Below, piece after piece: positions 8,750 to 17,290 of a stretch of DNA of 64,000 nt. The position numbers and the translations under genes are program-made. The notes under the pieces are model-generated. The model was not told the DNA's origin. It ran no database searches and worked only from the letters and a program-made list of their open reading frames with translations. This stretch comes from an uncultured Acidobacteriota bacterium (GTDB taxonomy: Bacteria; Acidobacteriota; Polarisedimenticolia; Polarisedimenticolales; DASRJG01), in contig CAYLHQ010000013.1 of assembly GCA_964383585.1 (NCBI GenBank), positions 16,944 through 80,943 on the forward strand, in the 5' to 3' direction. Every line of letters starts with the position of its first letter. Position 1 is the first letter of the stretch.

Positions 8750-10408
8750 ATGATTCGTTCGCATTCGGCCGTCCTGGCCCTCGCTCTGACCCTTTCCTGC
8801 GCGGGCCCCGCGGCGCCGCCGCCCGCGGAATCCCGGCCCGAGATCCCGCTCTACGAGGGGCTCGGCCCCCACGTCCGCAAGGTGACGACAGAATCCCCAA
8901 AGGCCCAACGGTACTTCGATCAGGGGCTGAACTTCCTCTATGGCTTCGACCACGACGAGGCGATCCGCGCCTTCAAGAAGGCCGCGGAGATCGATCCGTC
9001 GTGCGCGATGGCCCACTGGGGCGTCGCCTACGCGAACGGGCCCCACATCAACAACGCGGTCGTCCCCGAGTCGCGCGAGAAGGCCGCCTACGAGGCGGTC
9101 GCCGTCGCGCGGCAGCATCTCGACGGGGCGACGGCAATTGAGGAGGCCCTCGTGGAGGCGCTCGCCGCCCGCTACGCCTGGCCGCAGCCGGAGGACCGGG
9201 GGCCGCTCGACCGGGCGTTCGCCGAGGCGATGAAAGGGGTGTGGGCCGCCCACCCGGACGACCCCGACGTCGGCGCACTCTATGCCGAGGCGCTCATGGA
9301 TCTCCACCCGTGGGACCTGTGGAACCACGACGGCACGCCGAAGGAGTGGACGCCGCCGATCGTGGCGCTCCTCGAGGAGGTCCTCGCGAAGGCGCCCGCG
9401 CATCCGCTCGCGCTCCACCTTTACATCCACGCCGTCGAGGCGTCTTCCGCGCCGGGACGGGCCGACGTCGCCGCCGACAGCCTTCGCGACCTGATGCCCG
9501 GCCTCGGCCACATGGTCCACATGCCGTCGCACATCGACGTCCGCCGCGGCCGCTGGGAGGAGGCGATCGTCGCGAACACGAAGGCGATGGCGGCGGACCA
9601 CGCCTACCAGGAGAAGTCCCCCCAGCAGGATTTCTACCGCCTCTACATGGCGCACAACCACCACATGCGCGCCTTCGCCGCGATGATGGTGGGGAAGAGC
9701 GCCCTTGCCCTCGACTCGGTCCGCGAGATGGTCGCCGAGATGCCGGAGGACTGGCTCCGGGAGAACGCCCTGTGGGCCGACGGCTGGGTCGCGATGCCGA
9801 TCGAGGTCCTCATGCGCTTCGGGCGGTGGGAGGAGATCCTCGCGGAGCCGGAGCCGCCCGTGTACCTGCCGCACTCCCGCGCCCTCCGTCATTACGCGCG
9901 CGGGGTCGCGTACGCCGCGACGGACAGGGTCGTCGAGGCGCGCGCGGAGCAGGAGTTGTTTGTCGAGGCGCGCACGAAGGTGTCTCCCGACGCGACGTTC
10001 GGGAACAACAAGTCCTCGGACATCCTCGGGGTTGCCGAGGCTCTCCTCGAAGGGGAGATCCTCTACCGGGCGGGGGAGCAGGAGAAGGGGTTCGCCGTTC
10101 TGCGCGAGGCCGTGAAACGCGAAGACGCCCTCCGCTACGACGAGCCGCCCGACTGGATCCAGCCGGTTCGGCATCCCCTCGGAGCGGCGCTCCTCCAGTC
10201 GGGCCGGTACGAGGAGGCGGAGCAGGTGTTCCGCGAGGATCTCGCGAGACTTCCCGGAAACGGCTGGTCGCTCTTCGGCACGGGCCGCGCGCTGCGTCTC
10301 CAGGGGAAAGGAGCCGAAGCGGTGGTGTACGAGGCACAGTTCACCGACGCGTGGAAAGAGGCGGACGTGAAGATCGCCTCCCCGTGCTTCTGTCAAAGAG
10401 GGGTATAG
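8750..10408 (+). CDS. TPR-repeat lipoprotein
   Basis: GAGAGGAGG Shine-Dalgarno before ATG 8750. Lipobox LTLSC. TPR-like helices (YFDQGLNFLYGFDHDEAIRAFKKAAEIDP). Confidence 0.7.
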   Translation: MIRSHSAVLALALTLSCAGPAAPPPAESRPEIPLYEGLGPHVRKVTTESPKAQRYFDQGLNFLYGFDHDEAIRAFKKAAEIDPSCAMAHWGVAYANGPHINNAVVPESREKAAYEAVAVARQHLDGATAIEEALVEALAARYAWPQPEDRGPLDRAFAEAMKGVWAAHPDDPDVGALYAEALMDLHPWDLWNHDGTPKEWTPPIVALLEEVLAKAPAHPLALHLYIHAVEASSAPGRADVAADSLRDLMPGLGHMVHMPSHIDVRRGRWEEAIVANTKAMAADHAYQEKSPQQDFYRLYMAHNHHMRAFAAMMVGKSALALDSVREMVAEMPEDWLRENALWADGWVAMPIEVLMRFGRWEEILAEPEPPVYLPHSRALRHYARGVAYAATDRVVEARAEQELFVEARTKVSPDATFGNNKSSDILGVAEALLEGEILYRAGEQEKGFAVLREAVKREDALRYDEPPDWIQPVRHPLGAALLQSGRYEEAEQVFREDLARLPGNGWSLFGTGRALRLQGKGAEAVVYEAQFTDAWKEADVKIASPCFCQRGV

Positions 10409-10537
10409 GGGACATTCCGCTTTTAGAAAAAGTAGAAAAAGGGGACAGGCAACTTTTCCCAGCCGCCCGGGTTGCGGTACTTCCCGGGCGGCTGAGAAAA
10501 GGTGCCTGTCCCCTTTTTCTAAAAGCGGAATGTCCCC
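10408..10537. repeat. 130-bp AT-rich nested palindromic element (REP/MITE-like), termini GGGGACATTCCGCTTTTA
   Basis: Paired segments of 24+13+7+11 bp with 2 mismatches, a 9-nt bulge (duplicated TAGAAAAAG) and an 11-nt loop. It spans exactly from the G of the upstream TAG stop to the C of the downstream CTA (minus-strand TAG). Confidence 0.9.
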
Positions 10538-11820
10538 TAAGCCTTGATCGTTTCCAACCCATGGCCTCGCGGGCTCATCTCTTCGCGTCTGAGCATCCAC
10601 GCGAAAAAGAAGCCCAGGAAACCGAGCACGGAGAAGATCCACATTCCGAGCGCGTACCCGCCGGGGTTCTCGGCCGACGCGTGGGAGACGTCGTTCGCCC
10701 AGCCGATCGCCTGGTTCATTCCGGCGAGGCCGATCTGCTGGATGAGCGTCATGAGGGCGTAGGCGCTGCCGAGCCGCGTCGGGTCGACGATGTAGGCGAC
10801 CGACGGCCACATCACGGCCGGGATCAACGAGAACGCGACTCCCATGAGCGCCATCGGAACGATCGGCGGGATGTCGGTGTACACGAGCATGAGGTAGACC
10901 GGCATCAGGAGGAACGAGCCGACCATCATGAAGAGCGACCGCTTCCCGACGCGATCGACCAAAAGACCGAACAGCGGGGTCGCGAACATCGCGGCGAAGG
11001 GAAGGGCGCTGTTGAGCGCGCCGGCCGCCTCGCGCGTCATCCCGTGTCCTTCGATGAAGAACTTGATCGCGAACGATCGGAAGGGAAAAATCGCCGAGTA
11101 AAACGTGATGCAGAGAGCGACGATGAACCAGTACGAGCGGGAGAAGGAGAAGATCTCGCTCCAGACGAGTCGGTCCATCTCGCCCGCCGCCCCCAGGGAG
11201 TACCTCCGTTCCGCATGCTTCTCGAACGCCCAGTAAAGCACTCCGGCGACGACGCACAGGAGTCCGATCGCGGCTCCGATCCAGAGCGGACCCTGCCAGC
11301 CGCTCGCGTACGCGCGGCCGGCCCAGGTGGGGGAATTGTCGGCGGCGACCGACCCGAGGCGGGCGATCGTCAGGTTGACGCCGAAGGCGAAGCTCAGCTC
11401 CTTTCCGCGAAACCACTTGGCGAGCCCCGTCGTGACGGCGACGATCAGCGGCTCCGCCCCGATCCCGAGGAGAACGCGCCCCGCCGCCATCACGGGAAAC
11501 TCCGGGGAGATGGCGGTCACGACGCCGGCGACGGCGCAGATCGTGCCGAAAAGGACCGTCGAGAGGGCGGCCCCGAACCGGTCGATCAGGACGCCTCCGA
11601 TCAGCAGAACCACGATCGCCGCGACGCTGTAAACGGAGTAGAGCTGCCCGATCTGCGAATCGCTGAAGCCGAGGTCGGACTTGAGCATGTCCGCGACGGG
11701 GGCGATCGTGTCGTAGACGTAGTAATTCCCGAACATCGCGAGGCTGACGAGCAGGAGGACCGTCCACCGGAAGACCGTGGGCGGAGGAGGGCGAAGGGAA
11801 GGATCTGCGGTTCCGTTCAT
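10537..11820 (-). CDS. MFS transporter
   Basis: About 12 predicted TM segments. MFS-like loop motif GGVLIDRFG. Confidence 0.85.
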   Translation of the reverse strand: MNGTADPSLRPPPPTVFRWTVLLLVSLAMFGNYYVYDTIAPVADMLKSDLGFSDSQIGQLYSVYSVAAIVVLLIGGVLIDRFGAALSTVLFGTICAVAGVVTAISPEFPVMAAGRVLLGIGAEPLIVAVTTGLAKWFRGKELSFAFGVNLTIARLGSVAADNSPTWAGRAYASGWQGPLWIGAAIGLLCVVAGVLYWAFEKHAERRYSLGAAGEMDRLVWSEIFSFSRSYWFIVALCITFYSAIFPFRSFAIKFFIEGHGMTREAAGALNSALPFAAMFATPLFGLLVDRVGKRSLFMMVGSFLLMPVYLMLVYTDIPPIVPMALMGVAFSLIPAVMWPSVAYIVDPTRLGSAYALMTLIQQIGLAGMNQAIGWANDVSHASAENPGGYALGMWIFSVLGFLGFFFAWMLRREEMSPRGHGLETIKA

Positions 11821-11836
11821 CGTCGCTCCGCCGCCC

Positions 11837-13366
11837 TCAGCGGGCGTAGAACATCGGGGCTCCCGGCCCCAGTGGGAGTTCGAGCGCGTACCAGACCAAC
11901 AAAAGCGCGGTCCAGACGACCAGGAAGACGATCGTGTAGGGGAGCATCGTCGCGACGAGGGTCCCGATCCCCGCCTTCGGGACGTACCGCTGCAGGAAGG
12001 CCACGATCAGCGCGAAGTAGGACATGAGGGGGGAGATCACGTTCGCGGCGCTGTCGCCCACCCGGTACGCCGCCTGGGTGAGCTCCGGCGAGTAGCCGAG
12101 GAGCATCAGCATGGGGACGAAGACGGGAGCCATGATTGCCCACTTCGCCGACGCGCTCCCCATGAAGAGGTTCACGATCGCGGTGAGCACGATGAACCCG
12201 ACCAGGAGCGGTGGGCCCCCGAGGCCCACGGTTTGGAGCGCACGGGCGCCGTCGATGGCGAGGATGAGCCCCAGGTTCGTCCAGGCGAAGTAGGCGACGA
12301 ACTGCGCGGCGAAGAAGACGAGCACCAGGTAGGACGCGAGCACCGACATCGACTTCGACATCGCCTTCAGGACGTCGTCGTCGCTCCGGATCGTCCGCGC
12401 CCCGATCCCGTACGCCAGCCCGACAATCGCGCCCCCGAGGAAGATGAAGGCAACGATCCCCGAGAGGAACGGAGAGTGGAGGAGGCTCCCGGTCTCGGCG
12501 TCGCGGAGGAAGCCGTTCGAGGGGAGGGTGCCCCACAGGATCAGCCCCGTGAGGACCGCGGCCGCGATCCCCGCGAAGGCGAGGCCGCGCTTTTCGGCCG
12601 GCTCCACCCGGTCGGTCGCGCCGTCCGGTTTCTCGGGTCCGTCGTAGGTTCCGAGCCGCGGCTCGACGATCCGCTCGGTGACCCACGTCCCGGCGGCGGC
12701 GATCAGGAAGGTCGACGCCGCCATGAAGTAGTAGTTGCACGCCGGGTTGACCTCGTAGGCGGAGTCCACGAGGTGCGCGGCCTCCTGCGTGATCCCGGCG
12801 AGGAGCGGGTCGATCGTGCCCAAGAGGAGGTTCGCGCTGTACCCCCCCGAGACCCCGGCGAAGGCCGCCGCCATCCCCACGACCGGGTGGCGCTTGGCAC
12901 CCAGGAAGATGACGGCCCCGAGCGGGACCACGAGCACGTAGCCGATCTCGCTCGCCATGTTCGAGAGGATGCCGGCGAAGACGAGCGCGAACGTCAGGAG
13001 ACGCCTTGGGGCGGAAAGGACGAGGAGCTTGAGGGCGGCCGTCAGGAGGCCGCTCCCTTCGGCGACCGCGATTCCGAGCATCGCGACGAGGACCGTGCCG
13101 AGGGGCGCGAAGCCGGTGAAGCTCTTCACCATGCCGGTGAGGATGCGGTGGAGCCCTTCGACCGAGAGGAGGTTGACCGGCCGGATCGTCTCGCCGGTCG
13201 ACGGGTGGACCGCGGAGAGCCCCGCCCACGTGGCCACGGCCGACCCGACGATCACCGCGAGCGCGAGAATCGCGAAGAGGGTCGCCGGCTGCGGGAGGAG
13301 GTTCCCTCCCCGCTCGACGACGAGAAGGAACCGATCGGTGAGCGATCGTTTCTCCGCTCCGGCCAT
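11837..13366 (-). CDS. AbgT-family transporter (p-aminobenzoyl-glutamate transporter family)
   Basis: N-terminus [23 protein letters not shown] and overall polytopic sequence are typical of AbgT/MtrF. Confidence 0.85.
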   Translation of the reverse strand: MAGAEKRSLTDRFLLVVERGGNLLPQPATLFAILALAVIVGSAVATWAGLSAVHPSTGETIRPVNLLSVEGLHRILTGMVKSFTGFAPLGTVLVAMLGIAVAEGSGLLTAALKLLVLSAPRRLLTFALVFAGILSNMASEIGYVLVVPLGAVIFLGAKRHPVVGMAAAFAGVSGGYSANLLLGTIDPLLAGITQEAAHLVDSAYEVNPACNYYFMAASTFLIAAAGTWVTERIVEPRLGTYDGPEKPDGATDRVEPAEKRGLAFAGIAAAVLTGLILWGTLPSNGFLRDAETGSLLHSPFLSGIVAFIFLGGAIVGLAYGIGARTIRSDDDVLKAMSKSMSVLASYLVLVFFAAQFVAYFAWTNLGLILAIDGARALQTVGLGGPPLLVGFIVLTAIVNLFMGSASAKWAIMAPVFVPMLMLLGYSPELTQAAYRVGDSAANVISPLMSYFALIVAFLQRYVPKAGIGTLVATMLPYTIVFLVVWTALLLVWYALELPLGPGAPMFYAR

Positions 13367-13438
13367 CCGACCTCCGGCGGGCCGGCGCGGCCCACGACTA
13401 CCGGAGAGTATACGGGACCCCTCCCCGGTGCGTCCCGA

Positions 13439-14572
13439 TCAGGCGGGGGCCGCCGGGTAGGAACGTCCCTTCCAGGAAGGGGACCTCCCCGCGACCTTCC
13501 GGACGAGGGCCTGCCACTGGATCGCGAGCAGAAGGACGACGCCGGCCGGGTGGAGGAGCGCGCCGTCCCAAGCGTGGCGGAAGCGTCGGGCCGCGGCGAG
13601 CCTCACGAGGTACGAGAAGGCGATCGCGCACCCCGCGACGGTCGCGGCCGGGCCGCTGCCGCCCGTCGCGACGAGGACCCCCCAGGGAAGGACCTGCCCT
13701 CCGCCCAGGAGGAGGGTCCACGGGACGATCGCTCCCGGCGATGCGAGCCCCTCGGTCGCGTTCTTCCCGAGCCCCCTCCACACCTCGCCGGCGGAGCGGT
13801 ACATGCGGCAGGTCGCGAGCCCGGTCGCGTCGAAAAGGTCGGTCGCGAAGCCGGCGGCGCGGAAGGCGCGCGGGAGCCTCACGCCGTCGTGGAGCGACTC
13901 GCGGATCGCCCCGTGTCCTCCCGCGGCCTCGTAGGCGTCCCGCCGTGCGGCGAACAACTGCCCGCAGCCGGCGCCGAAGGCGGGGTTCACGCTCCTGCGC
14001 ATGAAGTCGACCGGGAGGAAGCCGAGCAGGAGGACGTGCATGAAGGGGAGGAGGAGTCGCTCGAGGAAGGTGACCGTCTCCTGTCGCGGAAATCCGCTCA
14101 CGAGCCCCGCCCCGGTCGCGCGGAGAAACCCGGCGATCTGTGCGAGGGCGTCGGGGGCGAGGCGGACGTCCGCGTCGACGAAGACGAGGACGTCGTGCCG
14201 CGCGTGCCGGGCGAGGACGGCGCAGGCGTGCTGCTTCCCGCACCACCCCGCGGGGAGAGCGGGCGCCCGCTCGAGGCGGACGCGGGGGTCGTGCGCAGCG
14301 TAGGACCCGACGATCGCTGCAGTCCCGTCGTCCGACGCATCGTCGAGGACGATCACCTCGAGGTCGACGCCCCGGCTTCGGAGAACGGCATCGAGGGCCG
14401 CGCCGATGGAGGCCTCCTCGTTCCGCGCGGGGATCAGGACGGAGAGCGAGGGTCGCCGACCGGGATCTGCCGGTGGGGGTGGCGCGTACGAGCGCAGGTT
14501 GCGGAAGAACAGGAGGAACGGGATCGCCGAGAGGGTGAACCCGGTCCAGGCGAGAACGAGCCCCGTCGACAT
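13439..14572 (-). CDS. family 2 glycosyltransferase (CrtQ-like candidate, carotenoid glycosylation)
   Basis: LSVLIPARNEE...VIVLDDASDDGT...VFVDADV GT2 motifs plus C-terminal TM region. Last gene of the carotenoid operon. Confidence 0.8.
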   Translation of the reverse strand: MSTGLVLAWTGFTLSAIPFLLFFRNLRSYAPPPPADPGRRPSLSVLIPARNEEASIGAALDAVLRSRGVDLEVIVLDDASDDGTAAIVGSYAAHDPRVRLERAPALPAGWCGKQHACAVLARHARHDVLVFVDADVRLAPDALAQIAGFLRATGAGLVSGFPRQETVTFLERLLLPFMHVLLLGFLPVDFMRRSVNPAFGAGCGQLFAARRDAYEAAGGHGAIRESLHDGVRLPRAFRAAGFATDLFDATGLATCRMYRSAGEVWRGLGKNATEGLASPGAIVPWTLLLGGGQVLPWGVLVATGGSGPAATVAGCAIAFSYLVRLAAARRFRHAWDGALLHPAGVVLLLAIQWQALVRKVAGRSPSWKGRSYPAAPA

Positions 14573-14581
14573 CCCGCCATC

Positions 14582-15769
14582 CTATCCGCGGCCATGCTCG
14601 CGATGGAACGTCTCTCCCCGAATACGCGCGCGGAGGGCCCGCCAGAGGTCGTACACACCTCCGACCCCCGCGGTTCCGCCCAGGATCGTCTCGAAGCGGG
14701 CGTGGTCTCGCGAGATCGACGCGCGTGCGAGGGCGTCCATCGCCGACTCGAGGCCCGCCGCGACCTCGGCCGTCCACGCCCTCGGTACGCGCGCGGCCCC
14801 GTCTTCGACGACGATCGGCTCCCCCCACAGGCAGAGTGCTTCCGGAGTGCGCTCCTCCCAGAAGGCGTACTCGATCGCGAGCGGGAGGATGGTCCCGCCG
14901 CGCAACCGTCGGGCGGCGTGGCCCACCCCGTCGAGGAGGGTGACCGGGCGCTCCCGGACGTCCGTGAAGCGTCCCTGGGGTGTGATCCAAAGGGCGGTGC
15001 CTGGCCGCGCGAAGATCTCCTCGGTCGCACGAAGGAACGCCGCGGCGCCGCGCCGGGTCCCCGGCTCCACGCCGAAGAAGCCGATCCTCGCGAAGAACCG
15101 GTAACGGGCGAGCATCGCCGCCTCGATCGGGGCGTAATGCTCCCGCTCAGGCAGATACCTCTCGGCCAGAATCAGCCCGACGAGAGGGTCCCACCATCCG
15201 GGATGGTTCGTGGCGACGAGAAGCGACCCGTCGGCGTGGATCGAGGGGAATCCCGGCTGCGCGACGCGCAACGCGTGGAAGCTCCTGCGAACGTAACGGC
15301 GCGCGTACCACCGGAACCACGCAAGGAGTCGCAGCGTGACGCGAATCGTGGGGACGGGAGGATCGAGGGACGTCGCCGAAGTCGCGGTGGGATTTGGGGA
15401 TTCCCTTTCCGCGCCGATCGGAACCTCCGGCTCGCGACTTCGCGGCACGGGCTTCGCGGCGGAACTCTCCGACCCAGCGCAACTTCGGCCCCGTGCGCGG
15501 CGCGAGTTCTCCCCACCGTTCGCGTCACCTTGAAGGAGCGGCAGCGTGACGCGAATCGTGGGGACGGGAGGATCGAGGGACGTCGCCGAAGTCGCGGTGG
15601 GATTTGGGGATTCCCTTTCCGCGCCGATCGGAACCTCCGGCTCGCGACTTCGCGGCACGGGCTTCGCGGCGGAACTCTCCGACCCAGCGCAACTTCGGCC
15701 CCGTGCGCGGCGCGAGTTCTCCCCACCGTTCGCGTCACCTTGAAGGAGCGGGGATTGAGGAATTTTCAT
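14582..15769 (-). CDS. PlsC-type acyltransferase (CrtO-like candidate) carrying a 140-codon in-frame repeat insertion after codon 6
   Basis: NHPGWWD acyltransferase motif and the following domain. The ATG at 15769 directly abuts the TAA of the upstream gene. Residues 7-146 are two identical 70-aa low-complexity units encoded by the 210-bp tandem repeat. Confidence 0.7.
   Translation of the reverse strand: MKIPQSPLLQGDANGGENSRRARGRSCAGSESSAAKPVPRSREPEVPIGAERESPNPTATSATSLDPPVPTIRVTLPLLQGDANGGENSRRARGRSCAGSESSAAKPVPRSREPEVPIGAERESPNPTATSATSLDPPVPTIRVTLRLLAWFRWYARRYVRRSFHALRVAQPGFPSIHADGSLLVATNHPGWWDPLVGLILAERYLPEREHYAPIEAAMLARYRFFARIGFFGVEPGTRRGAAAFLRATEEIFARPGTALWITPQGRFTDVRERPVTLLDGVGHAARRLRGGTILPLAIEYAFWEERTPEALCLWGEPIVVEDGAARVPRAWTAEVAAGLESAMDALARASISRDHARFETILGGTAGVGGVYDLWRALRARIRGETFHREHGRG
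15331..15540. repeat. 210-bp tandem repeat, copy 1 (MITE-like unit with 19-nt terminal inverted repeats)
   Basis: Nucleotide-identical to 15541-15750. Internal TIR: GTGACGCGAATCGTGGGGA (15336-15354) versus TCCCCACCGTTCGCGTCAC (15510-15528), 17/19 complementary. Confidence 0.92.
15541..15750. repeat. 210-bp tandem repeat, copy 2
   Basis: Perfect copy of 15331-15540. AAGGAG occurs at 15323-15328, 15533-15538 and 15743-15748. Confidence 0.92.
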
Positions 15770-15787
15770 TTATCGAGGAATGTCCCC
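15751..15787 (-). repeat. AT-rich junction element related to the RAYT left end (GGGGACATTCCTC...ATTCCTCA)
   Basis: The minus strand reads GGGGACATTCCTCGATAAATGAAAATTCCTCAATCCCC. Compare the RAYT left flank GGGACATTCCTCTAATTCCTGA. It supplies the last 5 codons and TAA of one gene and the ATG plus 6 codons of the next. Confidence 0.65.
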
Positions 15788-17290
15788 ATCCGCGGCGTCG
15801 GCCGCGATCCAGCCGGACATCAGGACCATCGGCATGCCGGGGCCGGGGTGGGCGGCGCCGCCGGAGAGGTAGAGCCCGCGGACGTCGGGGCTCCGGTTGA
15901 TCGGCTTGAACGCCCCCGTGAGGCGGCCGTGGCTCGCGAGGCCGTAGATCGCCCCCTCGAGGACCGAGTAGCGCTCGTGGATGTCCGCGGGTGTGAGCAC
16001 GCGCTCGACCTCGATGCGCTCCTCGATGTCCTCGCATCCTGCCGTGCGCTTCATCTTGTCGAGGATCGTCCTCCGGTAGGCCGGGAGCATCGTCTTCCAG
16101 TCGTGCCCCGCACGGAGGTGCGGCGTGTGGACCAAGACGTAGAGGGCCTCCCCTCCCTCGGGAGCGACCTCGGGCTCGGTGAGGGAAGGAGCGGCGACGT
16201 AGCAGGTCGGGTCGGGGGCGGGCTTCCCGCGGCGGTAGATCGCGTCGAACTCTTCCTCCGGGTCGCGGGAGAAGACGAAGTTGTGGTGGAGGAGGTGCTC
16301 GTAGCGTTCCCGGAGGCCGAGGTAGAGGACGACCCCCGAGCAGGCGGGCTCGTACGCGCGCCTCCGCTCGAAGCGCTCCGCCGCCTTTCCCCCCACCAGC
16401 TCCCGGTGCGTTCGAACGGCATCCATGTTCGACACGACCACGTCGAATGGATGGGCACGCCCGTCGTCGGTTTCGATTCCGGTCGCGCGGCCCGAGTCCA
16501 CCGTGATCCGCCGGACCCCGGCACCCTTGCGGTACTCGACGCCGAGGCGGCTTCCCAGATCGACGAGCGCGCGGGGGACCGCTCCGGTTCCGCCACGCGG
16601 GTACCAGACCCCTTCCCCGGCCTGCATGCTCGCGATGCCCGCGAGGACCGCGGGCGCGCGGTACGGGTCGGAGCCGATGTACTGAGTGTAGTGGTCGAGC
16701 ATCTGAGCGGCGCGCGCGTCGGGAACGTGCGACCGCACGGTCGCGGCGTACGTGCTCCACGACCGGAGGGCGAAGACGTCCTTGACCGTCCCGCCGCGGA
16801 ACGTCTCCTTCGCGCGGAACATGTCGGAGACCGACCCGATCGGTCTGTAGAAGAAGTAGCGGTCGGAGATGTCGTGGAGCCGCCGGGCGAGCGTTTGGAA
16901 CCGGACGAACCCCTCCCCCGCGCCGGTTCCCGGGGCGAGCCGGTCGAGGGAGGCCGCCATCTTCGCGACGTCCTCCTCGAGGTCGAGGACGGTGCCGTCC
17001 TCGAAGAAGCAGCGCCACTGCGGGTCGAGACGAACGAGCTCGAGGTCGGTCTCGAGCGGTGTTCGCGCCTCGGCCCAGATCCGGCGGAGCACCGACGGCA
17101 TCGTGAGGATCGTCGGCCCCATGTCGAAGCGGTAGCCCCCCTCCTCGAGGACGGCGGCCTTCCCCCCGAGCCAGCCGTTCCTCTCGAAGACGGTCACCTC
17201 GAAACCCCGGGCTGCGAGGACCGCGGCGGCGGAAAGCCCGCCGAGCCCGGCGCCGACCACGGCGGCGCGTCTCTTCTTGCCGTTCTTCAT
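15770..17290 (-). CDS. CrtI-family FAD-dependent carotenoid desaturase/oxidase (CrtP-like candidate)
   Basis: N-terminal dinucleotide fold AAVVGAGLGGLSAA. CrtI-family C-terminus LYLSGGAAHPGPGMPMV. ATGA overlap with the upstream aldehyde dehydrogenase. Confidence 0.85.
   Translation of the reverse strand: MKNGKKRRAAVVGAGLGGLSAAAVLAARGFEVTVFERNGWLGGKAAVLEEGGYRFDMGPTILTMPSVLRRIWAEARTPLETDLELVRLDPQWRCFFEDGTVLDLEEDVAKMAASLDRLAPGTGAGEGFVRFQTLARRLHDISDRYFFYRPIGSVSDMFRAKETFRGGTVKDVFALRSWSTYAATVRSHVPDARAAQMLDHYTQYIGSDPYRAPAVLAGIASMQAGEGVWYPRGGTGAVPRALVDLGSRLGVEYRKGAGVRRITVDSGRATGIETDDGRAHPFDVVVSNMDAVRTHRELVGGKAAERFERRRAYEPACSGVVLYLGLRERYEHLLHHNFVFSRDPEEEFDAIYRRGKPAPDPTCYVAAPSLTEPEVAPEGGEALYVLVHTPHLRAGHDWKTMLPAYRRTILDKMKRTAGCEDIEERIEVERVLTPADIHERYSVLEGAIYGLASHGRLTGAFKPINRSPDVRGLYLSGGAAHPGPGMPMVLMSGWIAADAADGDIPR

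Noticed and set aside
10408-10537. Treating the 10408 and 38719 palindromes as ordinary intrinsic terminators only.
   Set aside because: They may well terminate convergent transcription. But they lack U-tracts, are 3-4 times longer than the bona fide terminator at 50728-50763, are AT-rich, and share 18-nt tips with each other and a core with the RAYT flanks. A mobile or repeat-family origin explains more of these features.
15336-15743. Two identical 65-aa plus-strand ORFs (15336..15533 and 15546..15743), considered as a duplicated small gene.
   Set aside because: They are simply the same frame of the two 210-bp repeat copies. The sequence is low-complexity, no Shine-Dalgarno is visible, and the opposite strand stays in frame with the acyltransferase. 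The repeat itself is reported instead.
15331-15750. The tandem repeat considered as a CRISPR array.
   Set aside because: There are only two abutting 210-bp units with no spacers, the repeat length is far outside the CRISPR range, and there are no cas genes.
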